NCBI GenBank assembly: GCA_021613535.1
Contig: CP075497.1
Span: forward strand, 11,966,001 to 12,030,000
DNA: 64,000 bases
Origin: Adineta vaga
Taxonomy: Eukaryota > Animalia > Rotifera
Direction: 5' to 3'
Below the pieces are notes generated by a model. That model was not told the origin of the DNA, did no database searches, and worked only from the letters and a program-made list of their open reading frames with translations. How positions within the stretch are numbered: the first letter of the stretch is position 1; every line of letters starts with the position of its first letter. A program made the position numbers and the translations under genes. Below, piece by piece: positions 13,312 to 27,000 of the stretch.

Positions 13312-15169
13312 TCGAGTTTGTTTTTTCTAAAGATAAAGTCAGAGCTATATTTTAAGATGAAAAAAAAACACACGCACACACACACATAGTCAACAAAGAG
13401 AAACGAAGCATGCATGCATCAATCCTTCTCCTTTTTTTTATCATCATCATCATCATCTTCTAACAGTTAGCAATTCTATTGGTTTAGAATTATAACCAAT
13501 ACAATGATGACTTTGATTTTATATTATACTATAATTGAATTTTTATTTCTATAAAAAAGTATTTTTATTATTTTTTAAATGAAAATATAAATTTGTTGAA
13601 TTAAAAGGAAAACTATAATTATCTAATCTAGTTTGAAACAACAGAGTGCTAAAGTACTTCATTGATTCATTCGATTGTGTGGAGAAATTTGAAGTTCATT
13701 ATTCGCACTTTATAATTATAATTCACTCGAACAAGAATATTCAATCAATCGATAATAATTGAGACTCAAAAAATCATTGCGACAATGGTTTTGGATTTAT
13801 TTATTTTAAATAAAAAATATCGTTTTTTTAAAGTTACAAACAGGTTTAATCGACATCGACAGCATCAAAAGATTTTTCTTTTGTTTTATTAAGATTAGGA
13901 ATGGACAAAGTTCAGTTCAATGAAATCTAAAAAGTATGTGCCGGTCCTACTGTAGAGAGGGAGGAAGTTAAAGACTTTACTTTGTCGCTATTCATAGATA
14001 GTGAGACCATATATTGTAGCAAGAACTCGTGGTAAAAGCCGATTCGAAGATGTGAACACAATGTTGTGTAGGGAAATGATTGACGTACATGAAACTGGAG
14101 AGCAGACATGCCATTTTTCCTCATGAAATAGGTTGAATCTAGTGTCCAATATCACTCTGCGAAAAACGTACGATAATTTTAGCTGATTTTGCGTTTCATT
14201 GAATGGCAAGATCGTTTTGTTTAGTTTATGTAATCGATTTTGTACGATAGCAGGTCCATTTAACATTGGATATGTTGGAGATCTGTGCAATAGAACACAC
14301 TTACGACGTTAGTCTCAGTCTCGTGATATTAAGGTAGTCACACGTCGCATTTATATACAAATAGAAGTCTAAATAAGCGCTCCGATTTTCGTTCATATTT
14401 CCTCATTTTTGCTTACAAAGGCAGCCATATGAACATCTCCAATGTATACAACACTGCTTAAACCACTTTTCTTTGCAAAATATGTATTTTTTTTCATGAA
14501 AAACCGTTTTCAATATAACTTTATTCAAAGACTTCAATCTCATATCACTTTCAAAGAATTTGCTGGGGAAGATTCTTGTTACAAGGAAACAACCTTTTTC
14601 ATTTAAGAATTGATTCAGAGCACATTACAGTAGAGTGGTAAAACGTATTATATACACAATTTTTCTTTGTTTTTTAATGCGACTAACTGCTATATTACGG
14701 ATGAGAGCTATGTATTGATAGATTTTTTTAATCTCCTTCATCCGTTAGTTCATCAGTATACTTCAACAAATATATACCGTGTGATTGGCGACAAGCTATA
14801 GTCGATTCATAAACAACCATTACTCTTTCAATTTGTCAACAAAGCACTTTTAATACGAATCACGAAGCTCAATCTCAACACTTTTCCTAAATAGTTGAAA
14901 AGCACGATGATTCTCTATATTATAGAATTTTCAGTCAGCATTCTTGATCAAAAAATATTTCTACGGTTATTACACTCGAATAAAATCTACTCAAAGATAT
15001 TTCATACAGATATCTAAGCAGTTCTTTAGTTCATATGAATGGGATTCGTGAACTTGAGCTTGTCTATCGCTAATTAAGATAAACAAATAAAGATATATTT
15101 GAAATAAAGTGAATATTCACACCTACACCCTTTAAGAAAAGAATTCTGTATCTCTGTTTGTATTATTGA

Positions 15170-17644
15170 TTAGACTGCTTGAGTCAAGCAAAGAATATAT
15201 GGAAAGCGATCATCATCCGTATTATAGAATTTGACGATATCCAAAGAATTTTTCTTCATTAACAAATGAATATCATCGTATGTATATTTCGTTGATAATT
15301 CTGTTTGTATTGCATCATAAGCTTCTAATTCCATGACAAAACCATGTTGATCTGTTACAGTTTGTTGTTTTGTACTAATTAACCAACTTTCCATTTGTCG
15401 ACGCAACGGATTATACATAGGATAATGTTGATAATTGCAGAGATCAAAATCGAAATTAAGTTCACGATTTAAACGAAGAAGAAGATTATAATTGAAAGCA
15501 GCAGTAACACCTTTTGAATCATTATAAGCTCGAATCATTGTTCTAGTATCTTTACATATGTCGAAGGCACATATGAACCAATCTCCAACTTGTAAATTTT
15601 GACGAATCGAACGAATTAATTGCACAACAGGTGCATCATCACCATATTTAATATCACTAGGTCCATAAGATGAGAAATTACCAACAGTACTACCCATTAA
15701 CATAACTACTTTGATTCCCATTGCATCCGTTCTTAACTTCGCATACATCTCATCAAATGTCGAGCAAATTGGTTTGACATGCTTTTGAATAAACTTTTCG
15801 CCCATCTTCTGCATTAACAATTGAGTAAGAGAATCGATTGCATGTTGAGATATATCAACTGGATGGTAGACCATTGATATTTCGTCTGTTGAATTAACCC
15901 AAGGTGTTAACCATGTTTCGACTTTTTTACCATCGCCACAACCAAGTTCAATGAAATGAATTGATGATGATGTACGAGAACTGAAGTCACTATGACGAAT
16001 AATCATCGATTTAATATCATTCACTTGTTGTTGAAGTAATCTCAATTCTTGATCGAATAAATAATATTCTTTCAATAGCGTAATTTGTGTATACAGAATG
16101 GAACCCTGTGCATCGTAAAAGTATTTCGAAGCAATTCTTCTATGTGCTTTATCGCTGAATCCCGTAATGATTTCCTGTCGATCTGATTCAGTAAGTGGAC
16201 TATCAGTATGATTAAAATGTTTGACGCATCGAAATGTCGCAAACATGTATTGATATGTATCTTGGTACCAATTACGAAATGATCTTCGAATCAATGTTAA
16301 ATCAGTAACGTAGGAACCACCTAATAATACGAAATGACGATCATCGAAAAAATCCGCTGAATATTCAGGATACGTTGGTAGAGCACTGCGATAACCAGAT
16401 AATGGTCGAAAGACACTTGATGTCCATTCAAATGCAGATCCTTGCCATTGCAATTGATTGCCAATTGTTGATTTCGTCGACATCGTGTGAAGATGACGAA
16501 AGTTAACATTACAATCATTATTCGTCAGACCTGCGCGTATACTATCCGACCAATCCCACATTGCATAGACCCATTCGGATTCAGTTGGCAATTCAATTTT
16601 TTCTCCGGTTTTGTTTGACATCCATCGACAGTAAGCTTTCGCTTCAATTTGACTTAGTATTACTGGATGATCGAATACAAATTCAACAGGAATATTTCGC
16701 TGTAATACAAAATTTACTCGATAGTAATCGTTCTTTTTCGTCCATGTAGCTGGATGATGTATGTCAGATTTTTTGATCCATTCGAAGACTGGCTCATCCC
16801 ACCAATCACTAGTGGTATAACCATCATCGAGTATAAATTGAAGAAAGTCGCCGTTTCGAACAGGATGTGATTGCATTTGAAAAGGAGACACAAAAGACGA
16901 TTCATGAGGAAATTCGTTATCCCATCCAAACGAAAATGTCGATGGCTGGTTACTATACGGCTTACCTAGGGAAGTGTGTCCGCCTGGTAATGTCACCCAG
17001 TTGTTTTCTAACAGTGAAGAAATAGGCGAAGTTTGACAAAGATCAAGTTCATTGATTAGATCTATTCGAAGACTTTCTATTGGTAATTGAACAAACAGAT
17101 ACATCAACGTTTCTTGATGTAACATTTCATGTTCCGTGGCAATATTGAGTACATTCAAAGTATGTAAATCGTTGAGGTCAAGATTGCCATTGTTCAAAAC
17201 ATGAAGAATTTGTTCTCGAACTTTTTGTTTGTATTCGATTACACTCTCTACAGTAAATGAACGCCAATAGCTTTCTTCTTCTTTAACATCTGTTGAGAAC
17301 CGACTAGAGTGCGTGTGTTCAACAGTTCCTGTCTGTACATTTGGATCAACACCACGTACAAATAAACTATCATAAACACTATCAATAACATCATTAACGC
17401 CATTTAGATGACGAAATTGCGTCCAACTAAAGCATGGTAAATGACCAAAATAAAATATCAATGGTAATCGAAGATTTATTGGTTGTTGATAATAGTCGTC
17501 GGACGAACGAAGTAATGAAAAAAGTCGATCGCTTCTATCCCATACTTGATTGAATTTATTTATCCAATGAGCTATGTCAAATTGTAGTTTTTCATCGATT
17601 TCCGACGAATAATGATTGTTTGGTAAGGATTCGATAGCATTCAT
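15170..17644 (-). CDS. Intronless bifunctional ergothioneine-biosynthesis-like protein: N-terminal DinB/FGE-type sulfoxide synthase (EgtB) fused to C-terminal histidine N-methyltransferase (EgtD)
   Basis: 824-aa ORF. EgtB part: LIFYFGHLP, FVRGVDP, iron motif EHEMLHQET, FGWDNE, LPTESEW, YPEYSADFFDDRHFVLLGGS, RSFRNWYQ, ATFRC. EgtD part: SKYFYDAQGS, EYY, ELGCGDGKK, GSTVGNF, AYNDSKGVTAAFNYNLLLRLNREL, TELSTKY. Confidence 0.88.
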   Translation of the reverse strand: MNAIESLPNNHYSSEIDEKLQFDIAHWINKFNQVWDRSDRLFSLLRSSDDYYQQPINLRLPLIFYFGHLPCFSWTQFRHLNGVNDVIDSVYDSLFVRGVDPNVQTGTVEHTHSSRFSTDVKEEESYWRSFTVESVIEYKQKVREQILHVLNNGNLDLNDLHTLNVLNIATEHEMLHQETLMYLFVQLPIESLRIDLINELDLCQTSPISSLLENNWVTLPGGHTSLGKPYSNQPSTFSFGWDNEFPHESSFVSPFQMQSHPVRNGDFLQFILDDGYTTSDWWDEPVFEWIKKSDIHHPATWTKKNDYYRVNFVLQRNIPVEFVFDHPVILSQIEAKAYCRWMSNKTGEKIELPTESEWVYAMWDWSDSIRAGLTNNDCNVNFRHLHTMSTKSTIGNQLQWQGSAFEWTSSVFRPLSGYRSALPTYPEYSADFFDDRHFVLLGGSYVTDLTLIRRSFRNWYQDTYQYMFATFRCVKHFNHTDSPLTESDRQEIITGFSDKAHRRIASKYFYDAQGSILYTQITLLKEYYLFDQELRLLQQQVNDIKSMIIRHSDFSSRTSSSIHFIELGCGDGKKVETWLTPWVNSTDEISMVYHPVDISQHAIDSLTQLLMQKMGEKFIQKHVKPICSTFDEMYAKLRTDAMGIKVVMLMGSTVGNFSSYGPSDIKYGDDAPVVQLIRSIRQNLQVGDWFICAFDICKDTRTMIRAYNDSKGVTAAFNYNLLLRLNRELNFDFDLCNYQHYPMYNPLRRQMESWLISTKQQTVTDQHGFVMELEAYDAIQTELSTKYTYDDIHLLMKKNSLDIVKFYNTDDDRFPYILCLTQAV

Positions 17645-18901
17645 TTTTACAGAATGAAATCAATATCAGTCTTAGGGCACACCTTTTATATGTCACATAA
17701 TACCAAGGATAAAAATAGATCGCATACTCATTGATAACAAATATTATTTCAGTAACTCGGTCATTTGTTACTGTATTATATAATACGTATAAGAATAAGA
17801 AACAATTGTCAAGACGACCTTTGTTAATTAATTGTATTCAAAACGACATAGGTTTTTTCGAATTTTCCTACACAACAATAGTGTCAACGGTTATGCTATT
17901 ATTTTTAAACAAATTTGATCGATTCTTTTTCAAATGATCGTAATAGAGAGATAATGTATTTCACAATGACGTTTTTCATCGTGATTCAATTCTGAGTACT
18001 TTCATGTAAAACGGAAGGAAAAAAAAGAAAAGATTAAAAAACTTATTTGTTGATTTATTTTTTACGTCCTATCTAGGAATAATTTCCAGATGTCATTTTA
18101 TGACTGTGCAGAACAAAGTTTCACAGAACAAAAAGAAGATATTTTTAACTTTGAGTGTAGTTGTGGATGGTTTCTTTTTTCCACATCTTTGAGAGTAGAA
18201 ATTGAGAAAAATGTGTAAGTTTCTCTCTCTGATAAATGACTTCGAAAACGTTTTGTATCAGATAGTTATTCAGTTAAAAATTGTATTTAATTGGAAAGTT
18301 TCTTTTTAGCAAAAGCAGTCGATAAAAGAGAGAATACCTAGAGGGAAAATGATGTTCTTAAAACAAATTATAATGTGAAAATAAAAAAAAACGAAGAAGA
18401 GTCATGATTCTCAACTGGAAGAAGACTATAGCGACAAACTTTCTTTCTTACGCCAAATATGTAATTAGTATCAAATTATCACTATAGTCATATCGAGTAT
18501 CTACGCTAGTAGTATAATGATTAATATCCAATCGTTCGTTAAAATCAGATTTTCTATGGTGTCAATGATATTAAAAAAATATTTATTACTTTATTTAATT
18601 AAACAAATCGAAATAAAAAATGAAACACGTGAATGAGCACGTGTTTGGTGTAAACGCATCCTATTTCGTTCTGCAACAGATCATAGAAAAGAAGAAATTA
18701 TTTCTATTCTTGTTGCTCCTGTCACAGAGTAAAAACGTAAATGACAGTATTTATAACATTAGTTATACGTAAACCATCATCGTCACGACTTGCTTTATTA
18801 ATTTCTCTACCAATATTATTATAAATAAAACATAGAAGAAAAATATACTTCGAGTATACGAAATATATTTCGTTCCGTAGATTTCATTTCAAGTGATCAA
18901 T

Positions 18902-21092
18902 ATGAGTACAACGAATTTTGTTGAATTTGATCAATCAAAATGTGTTGATAAAAAATATGGACATCAACATATTAGTAAATAATTTCTTTAGATTTCTGTA
19001 TTTTATTAACCAATTGATATTTAGTGTCATCATTCACAACTTATCCTATTGAAACAGTTCGAACTGAAGTTTTAAAAACGACAATTAAACCACCAACAAT
19101 TACACCTAAATATGATTCGAATACATCATCAACTGTTGTCGAATGGCATGTAAGTTCTATTTTACTAAAAGAATATTATTTTCAAGATAAGTTTTCCCAG
19201 GGTAAAAAAGACGTTCGAATTGCTCAACGACCTCGACCAATGATTACTGATGATAGCGATGCTATTATACATGTGACATCATCAACAATTTGTGGAAGTG
19301 ATTTACATATGTGTAAGAAATCATAGGTTTAATAAATATTGATTTTTATATATTTTGTATAGATACTGGTGATATGAAAGGCATGCTATCAAAAGATATT
19401 ATTGGTCATGAATGTAAGTTTTTTTTACAGCTTTATTTGTTAGAAGAAAAAAAATTTTATTTTAAAGGTATGGGTATTGTAGAAAGTATAGGTAGTAGTG
19501 TCAAGAATATTAAAGTTGGTGATCGAGTTGTTGTTAGTGCACCAATTGCTTGTGGACAATGTGAATGTAAGTCTTTTTTGTTTTTAATTAATAAAAATAT
19601 CTGAATTGTTTTGTTTATAGATTGCAAAACTGGTATGTTTTCATTATGTGATATTACAAATGATTCGAAAGTTATGGAAACACTCTATGGTCATCGAATT
19701 TGTGGAGCATTTGGTTATTCACATTTAACAGGTCATTGATAAAGAATATGAAGTGTTGAACAATATGTATTATTCCATTTTTTTAGGAGGTTATGATGGA
19801 TGTCAAGCTGAATGGGTTCGTGTCCCATTTGCTGATGTTAATCTATTGAAAATTGAAAATGATCGATTAACTGATGAACAAGTATTATTTCTTAGTGATA
19901 TTGTTTGTACTGGTAAGTTATTTTCCATGATTGATTTATTATTGACTGTGATATTATCGGTAAATATTGTAGCATGGCATGCTAATGTCTTAGGTGGAGT
20001 TGGTCCTGAAACGACTGTAGCTATCTGGTAAGTATTTACATCATTGCCTTTATGATTAATAATAAATGGTATGTAGGGGTGCTGGTCCAGTTGGTTTACT
20101 GACTATTATGTGGGCTAAATATCGAGGTGCAAAGCGTATCTTTTCTATTGATTGTGTTGAGGAACGTCTGGCTAAAGCTCGATCACAAGGTGCAGAAACA
20201 ATCGATTTTTCTAAACATAATGTAGTTGATACTATGCAAAAACTAATACCTGGTTGGAATTTTCTTAAATATTAGATAAAATATGAATTCTATGTTCTTT
20301 GAGTAGGTGGTCCTGATGTATGTGTTGATGCTGTTGGTTTCCGTTATACAAAAGGTTTGATTCATACTGTACAACGTGCTGTCTTTCTCGAAACAGATAC
20401 ACCTGAAATCTTAGCTGAAGCAGTTACTGTTGTTCGAAAAGGTGGAACTGTCGCAATTGTTGGAGATTAGTAAGTCATCAGATCTAATCATCTTTTCATA
20501 TCTCTTGTGTTTCTTTTCTAGCTTTTATAAATCGAATGCATTTCCGATCGGTGAGAGATATAAAAGATGAAGATTATTACATATCAAACTTTCTTTTATT
20601 TTCTAGGTGCTTTCATGGAAAAAGGTGAATACATATAAGTTTAATGATTTTTATATGAAATAATAATGTCTTTAGCTGTAACAATGCGAGGTGGTCAGTT
20701 ATACTGTCAAAGCTATTGGCATGATCTTCTTAAAATTATTGAAAATGGCGTAAATTATTCCTGTTTCTATTATATAAATAGAGAAATTATTTTATTTGGA
20801 TCTATTTTAGGAAGTTGATCCAACATTTATTATTACACATACAATGGATTTATCACAAGGTTCGTCAAAATATATAACTATTTATATCTATTTTTGATTT
20901 TCAATGATAATCTTCTAGCGGCTGAAGCTTATAAAAACTTTAATGACAAGTCAAATGGAACAATGTAAGTGATCGGTTAGATATTCTTTTATTAGGAATT
21001 CGTTATTATTCTATTTTAGCAAAGTAGTATTGAAAACTGCTTTTGCTGCTGTTCAACAGGCTACATCAGGTGTCACCACGAGCACAAAATAA
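18902..21092 (+). CDS. Zinc-dependent alcohol/formaldehyde dehydrogenase (MDR family, microbial glutathione-independent FDH-like), about 16 exons
   Basis: [13 protein letters not shown], structural-Zn [66 protein letters not shown]. About 15 short introns, including an 18-nt exon near 20607-20624. Confidence 0.85.
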
Positions 21093-21267
21093 TCTTTGGA
21101 TATTAAATTCATAACTGAAGATGTATTTTTATTTGTAGTCAAGCTTTTTATATTCTAATATATAAATTATTTTTTCTTGAAAACAGAACAAAAAAGATTT
21201 AGAAATGTTCATATTTATATTATATGAGAAATTAATCTGTATAGATAAATATTTTAATTCACTTCTA

Positions 21268-21360
21268 ACAGGAGTGTCCCGATGGAGGGGGAAGGGGTTT
21301 GGGAGCGCGACGTCCTCCCAATAATCGAAAATTTCGACTTACGCCTCCCCAATTTTTTCA
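21268..21360. mobile_element. Probable DNA-transposon end remnant (hAT-like GC-rich terminus)
   Basis: Isolated GC-rich CAGGAGTGTCCCG...GGGG...CTCCCC segment; a similar style of end (TAGCGGCGGCGCCAGAATTTT) occurs near 22258. No matching partner end found. Confidence 0.3.
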
Positions 21361-21940
21361 AAACTGAGTTCTAATCAATTTCATTTATAAATATATATAT
21401 ATATGTATTTATTTTAAAACTAACTGTACGAAAAATACGTCATGATGAGGACCCTGAATGATTATTACATCAGCAAGATCATATATGTTGGTTAATTGTT
21501 GAGTTGCTATAAGTAAAAGAAGGAATCATTTTAAAATTAAAATAGAAATAAAAAATAAAACTTACAGTTTGGCATTATCAAGTTTTTTTTCGCTGTTAAA
21601 CCAACACTATGCGTATCAACAGTCTAAAAATAAATACTTTTTAATAAATATTTTACAAATTATTCATACAAGAAATATGCAAAGTATTCGTAAAAAAACT
21701 ACCTCAGTCAAAACAGCCATTTTGTTGTCAAACAAGAGCAAGAAACAATAATCTCTACTATGTTCTCCTTTTGAACATACGATGACCGATTGATAATATT
21801 TCTCAACTCGTTTTTTTATTGGTCGAACTATAACTTATTACGAGAAAATGAGTAAATTATTCTTCTTCTATTTTCCTGTTTTCTTTAGTCGTTCTGAGTC
21901 TGAAGAAAACAACGTCGTTGATTGAACTACATATCATTTC

Positions 21941-22137
21941 TAGAGCCATCGGGAGGGGAAAAAGACACAAGATTTCAGAATTTTGATGATACGAAAAACG
22001 TTTTGCTAGAAAATTGTAGAAAAAATAGTTTTCTATTGATCTTTGTTTTTTGTTTTTGAAAATCTTATCGGGTTACGTTTCAACACCTGTTTTGCTGAGA
22101 CCTCCATTGTACTGTGCTTTTTCCCTCGGCGGTTCTA
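21941..22137. mobile_element. Degenerate MITE
   Basis: Imperfect inverted ends TAGAGCCATCGGGAGGGGAAAAAGACACA / TGTGCTTTTTCCCTCGGCGGTTCTA; no clear TSD. Confidence 0.35.
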
Positions 22138-24034
22138 TAAAGTTCTTCTTCCAAAAAAAAATTTCTATTTTGTTCATTACAGTTCTAGTCTTTTTTGTTA
22201 ACACAGAAACGTTTAAATATTGATTAATTGTTAGAACTTAAAAATAAGCTGTGCGATTAGCGGCGGCGCCAGAATTTTCGCTCAGGGTGGGCTAAGCCTA
22301 TCCACAAAAGATTTACATTTACTACGAATAACTAATTCTCATATAAGACAACATATACAAATTTACACAATTTAATTTCAAACTGGATTTGTACTCAATT
22401 GGTCCAAAACTGATTTGTTAATTTGATCATGATGATGAAAAAACGACAATATGCGCTTGTATACATGAATTAATTTTCGATATTGATTGGATAATGATTC
22501 ACAGTCACATGATGATGATGCAACATAATTCTAAACGAAAATTCAATTAACAATTATTGACTTGAAATATTTTCAAGGACGTCATCCATCCTCCATTCTT
22601 TTCGTTTATATACGGCATAGAAGGACCCCCCTATTAGTACTTCGATCAGTGATCGAACAACTTCCATCAGACCTGCAGTTTGTTTGGCATATAGATTTTC
22701 CGAAAGACCCTGGGTATCAAAACAATTTTTGCAGTGCTTAATAGGTCATCTATGAAAAGTTTTATATAAAGTTATTGAAAACAATTTGACGAGTTCTTAA
22801 ACTTTTTTTTTGGTTTCGTTCTTCGCAGTGTCCCAACATAGAGCTTTTCAAAATAAAAATTGGCGCTACGAAGCAATATTTGTTAATTTCGTGAGTAGCA
22901 AAAAAGAAAATTAGATTTAAAAAAAAAACTCAGAATCACTTCTGAATTAAAAGAAAAAACTAGTGAAGATCAACTAATTGGAACTTGTTCTGATAATTCA
23001 TCCAATCGAAGGAAATTTTTTTTATGAGTGATCTTTTCCATCATCTCAATAGTTTTAGTGAGACAAAGCCGTAACAGGATGTTTCCTTTCGTTATAAATC
23101 AGTTTCTGACTAGAAATCCAGCTGTTCTCTTAACATAGAATGAAGATTTCATTATGCTTTAAATACATCCATGGATATAAGAAAAATTTCTTTGCATAAA
23201 TTCATTAAAATGAGAAATAGTGAAGAATATACGGACAAAGTGAATAAGTAAAAAAAAAAGAAATGAAAAACGAAAATACCATTATCTTGTTGTCAAAGAG
23301 CAATCTATCAACACTTTCTTGGAGTGTACCAGAATAGAGTTTGACCAATATTAATAACAATATTATTAGTGCAGCAATGCCGATACAACCCATACTAATA
23401 CCGAATGTAATATGGCAGTGGTCATCTTCATTTGTTAAAACACATTTCTACATAAAAGAAAGAAGAAAATCAATTATTATTGACATGATTTCCAGATAGA
23501 TCTTCTTTGCTCCCTTTTTATTCTCTTTGCTACTATTTTTTCCGTGATTCTTAAGATCTTTAAGGATAGGCGTATTTGAAATCAAAATTGCCTTACGTCG
23601 AGCTAATAGAATGAAATTAGTTTATGAGGGTACGGACCGTGAGCGTGAAAAGTAGAGACTATCGGTATCTACCCTCAAAGATTTCCTTTCCTGATTGAAC
23701 TTTTGTTGAATATCACATGCAACAATATCCTTTCTTAAAACGAACTCTTTTGCAAAACTCAAAAAATTACTAATGAAAAATACATATCTTGAGTGTATAC
23801 TGACACTGATAATCATACACGTCAAACGAAACTCCAATCAATAAATACATTAACGCCATCTTTCTGCATAAACGAACTATTCGCTTTTGTTGAAATCGTC
23901 AGATTTCATTACCTTTCTCGAATAACAAAAACACAATACTGTCAGTAATAGTAAAGCGAATTTCTTTTCATAACAAACAAAATATATTCAATAGCTTGTA
24001 TTCTCAACAAACTTTTGTAGAATTTAAAGCGAAT

Positions 24035-27000
24035 ATGTACACATTTTCAACATTACCGATTGAACTCGTCTATCGAATTTTGGATCATCTGTCTGATTTT
24101 ACACTATTTTGTTCAATGCAAAATGTTTGCCAACGTTTTAATCAAATTCTGAACATTTATCATCGATATCAAGTAAGTTTGCAAAGTGCTTTACCTATTT
24201 TCTCATCTGTTCAAGCACACATGAGCTTCGCAATATCTAATTAAATCAGTTTACTAAAAAAAAAAAAAAATTTCACAATTCCGAAGCAATTTCTACGAGT
24301 GAACCAAATACAACATTGACTCATGCTATTAAAACAACCATTCCTCTCACCTGTTCTTTACTATCTCTGCCCATAAAATATATATCTTACTAAACGTGCA
24401 CTCATGTGCCGCACAAGAACGAAACCGCAGCATTAAAACACTTTTCCCGTTTCAAACAAATGTCTCTATTGCAACTCTTAAACAATTCAACAACTATTTT
24501 TGAAACCCACCCAATAAAACAAAGTGAACTGTTTTATATTGTGCCCCAACACCATACGATCTTTCGCAAACCAAATCTAAAAATAACAATCCAAAACCGT
24601 TCGAAATAAACAAGTATCACTACCTTCAGTACAGTATTCACTCTACTCATCCGACGATTCCAAAATTCACTCAGTAATAATCACACAAGCACCGATTTCT
24701 CTTTTCACTCCATGAACCCAGATCGAACCCTTTCACACACTCCCGCCACACCTCTTGTATAATGCTATATCTAATTGAAAAACCTTACTCTAAAGTTCCG
24801 ATTGATTTACCCACACTCTCGAAATGAATATTCTATATATAGACACTCACCACACTAGATCTCTGGGGCAATCAAATCGGCCATGAAGGAGCACAACATA
24901 TTGGTGATGCCTTGCGAATAAACACAGTAATATTCATTCGCTCTTGTCCTGATTGACACATCCATGCTCTTTGTCTCGTCTATAGACACTCACCACACTA
25001 AATCTTGGGTACAATGAAATCGGCCATGAAGGAGCACAACATATTAGTGATGCCTTGCGAATAAACACAGTAATATTCATTCGCTCTTGTCCTGATTGAC
25101 ACATCCATGCTCTTTGTCTCGTCTATAGACACTCACCACACTAAATCTCCTGAGCAATCAAATCGGCCATGAAGGAGCACAACATATTGGTGATGCCTTG
25201 CGAATAAACACAGTAATATTCATTCGCTCTTGTCCTGATTGACACATCCATGCTCTTTGTCTCGTCTATAGACACTCACCACACTAAATCTTGGGTACAA
25301 TGAAATCGGCCATGAAGGAGCACAACATATTAGTGATGCCTTGCGAATAAACACAGTAATATTCATTCGCTCTTGTCCTGATTGACACATCCATGCTCTT
25401 TGTCTCGTCTATAGACACTCACCACACTAAATCTCCTGAGCAATCAAATCGGCCATGAAGGAGCACAACATATTGGTGATGCCTTGCGAATAAACACAGT
25501 AATATTCATTCGCTCTTGTCCTGATTGACACATCCATGCTCTTTGTCTCGTCTATAGACACTCACCACACTAGATCTCGGGGGCAATGAAATCGGCCATC
25601 AAGGAGCACAACATATTGGTGATGCCTTGCGAATAAACACAGTAATATTCATTCGCTCTTGTCCTAATTGACACATTCATGCTCTCTCTCGTCTTTAGAC
25701 ACTCACCACACTAAATCTCCTGAGCAATCAAATCGGCCATCAAGGAGCACAACATATTGGTGATGCCTTGCGAATAAACACAGTAATATTCATTCGCTCT
25801 TGTCCTGATTGACACATCCATGCTCTTTGTCTCGTCTATAGACACTCACCACACTAAATCTTGGGTACAATGAAATCGGCCATGAAGGAGCACAACATAT
25901 TAGTGATGCCTTGCGAATAAACACAGTAATATTCATTCGCTCTTGTCCTGATTGACACATCCATGCTCTTTGTCTCGTCTATAGACACTCACCACACTAG
26001 ATCTCTGGGAGAATCAAATCGGCCATCAAGGAGCACAACATATTGGTGATGCCTTGCGAATAAACACAGTAATATTCATTCGCTCTTGTCCTGATTGACA
26101 CATCCATGCTCTTTGTCTCGTCTATAGACACTCACCACACTAAATCTCCTGAGCAATCAAATCGGCCATGAAGGAGCACAACATATTGGTGATGCCTTGC
26201 GAATAAACACAGTAATATTCATTCGCTCTTGTCCTGATTGACACATCCATGCTCTTTGTCTCGTCTATAGACACTCACCACACTAGATCTCGGGGGCAAT
26301 GAAATCGGCCATCAAGGAGCACAACATATTGGTGATGCCTTGCGAATAAACACAGTAATATTCATTCGCTCTTGTCCTAATTGACACATTCATGCTCTCT
26401 CTCGTCTTTAGACACTCACAACACTAGATCTCCTGAGCAATCAAATCGGCCATGAAGGAGCACAACATATTGGTGATGCCTTGCGAATAAACACAGTAAT
26501 ATTCATTCGCTCTTGTCCTAATGGACACATCCCTGCTCTCTCTCGTCTATAGACACTCACCACACTAAATCTCCGGAGCAATCAAATCGGTGATCAAGGA
26601 GCACAACATATTGGTGATGCCTTGCGAATAAACACAGTAATATTCATTCGCTCTTGTCCTGATTGACACATCCATGCTCTTTGTCTCGTCTATAGACACT
26701 CACCACACTAAACCTCGGGGGCAATGAAATCGGCCATCAAGGAGCACAACATATTAGTGATGCCTTGCGAATAAACACAGTAATATTCATTCGCTCTTGT
26801 CCTAATGGACACATCCACTCTCTCTCTCGTCTATAGACACTCACCACACTAGATCTCTGGGAGAATCAAATCGGCCATCAAGGAGCACAACATATTGGTG
26901 ATGCCTTGCGAATAAACACAGTAATATTCATTCGCTCTTGTCCTGATTGACACATCCATGCTCTTTGTCTCGTCTATAGACACTCACCACACTAAATCTT

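Noticed and set aside
13927-14290. Minus-strand ORFs of 65 and 100 aa
   Set aside because: No recognisable motif or splice structure; may be debris.
15170-17644. Ovothiol synthase OvoA
   Set aside because: The C-terminal methyltransferase has EgtD-family motifs and the synthase motifs look Egt1-like. Not formally excluded without a phylogeny.
23205-23450. Hydrophobic minus-strand exon-like ORF
   Set aside because: Could be a membrane-protein gene fragment, but I could not build a complete model.
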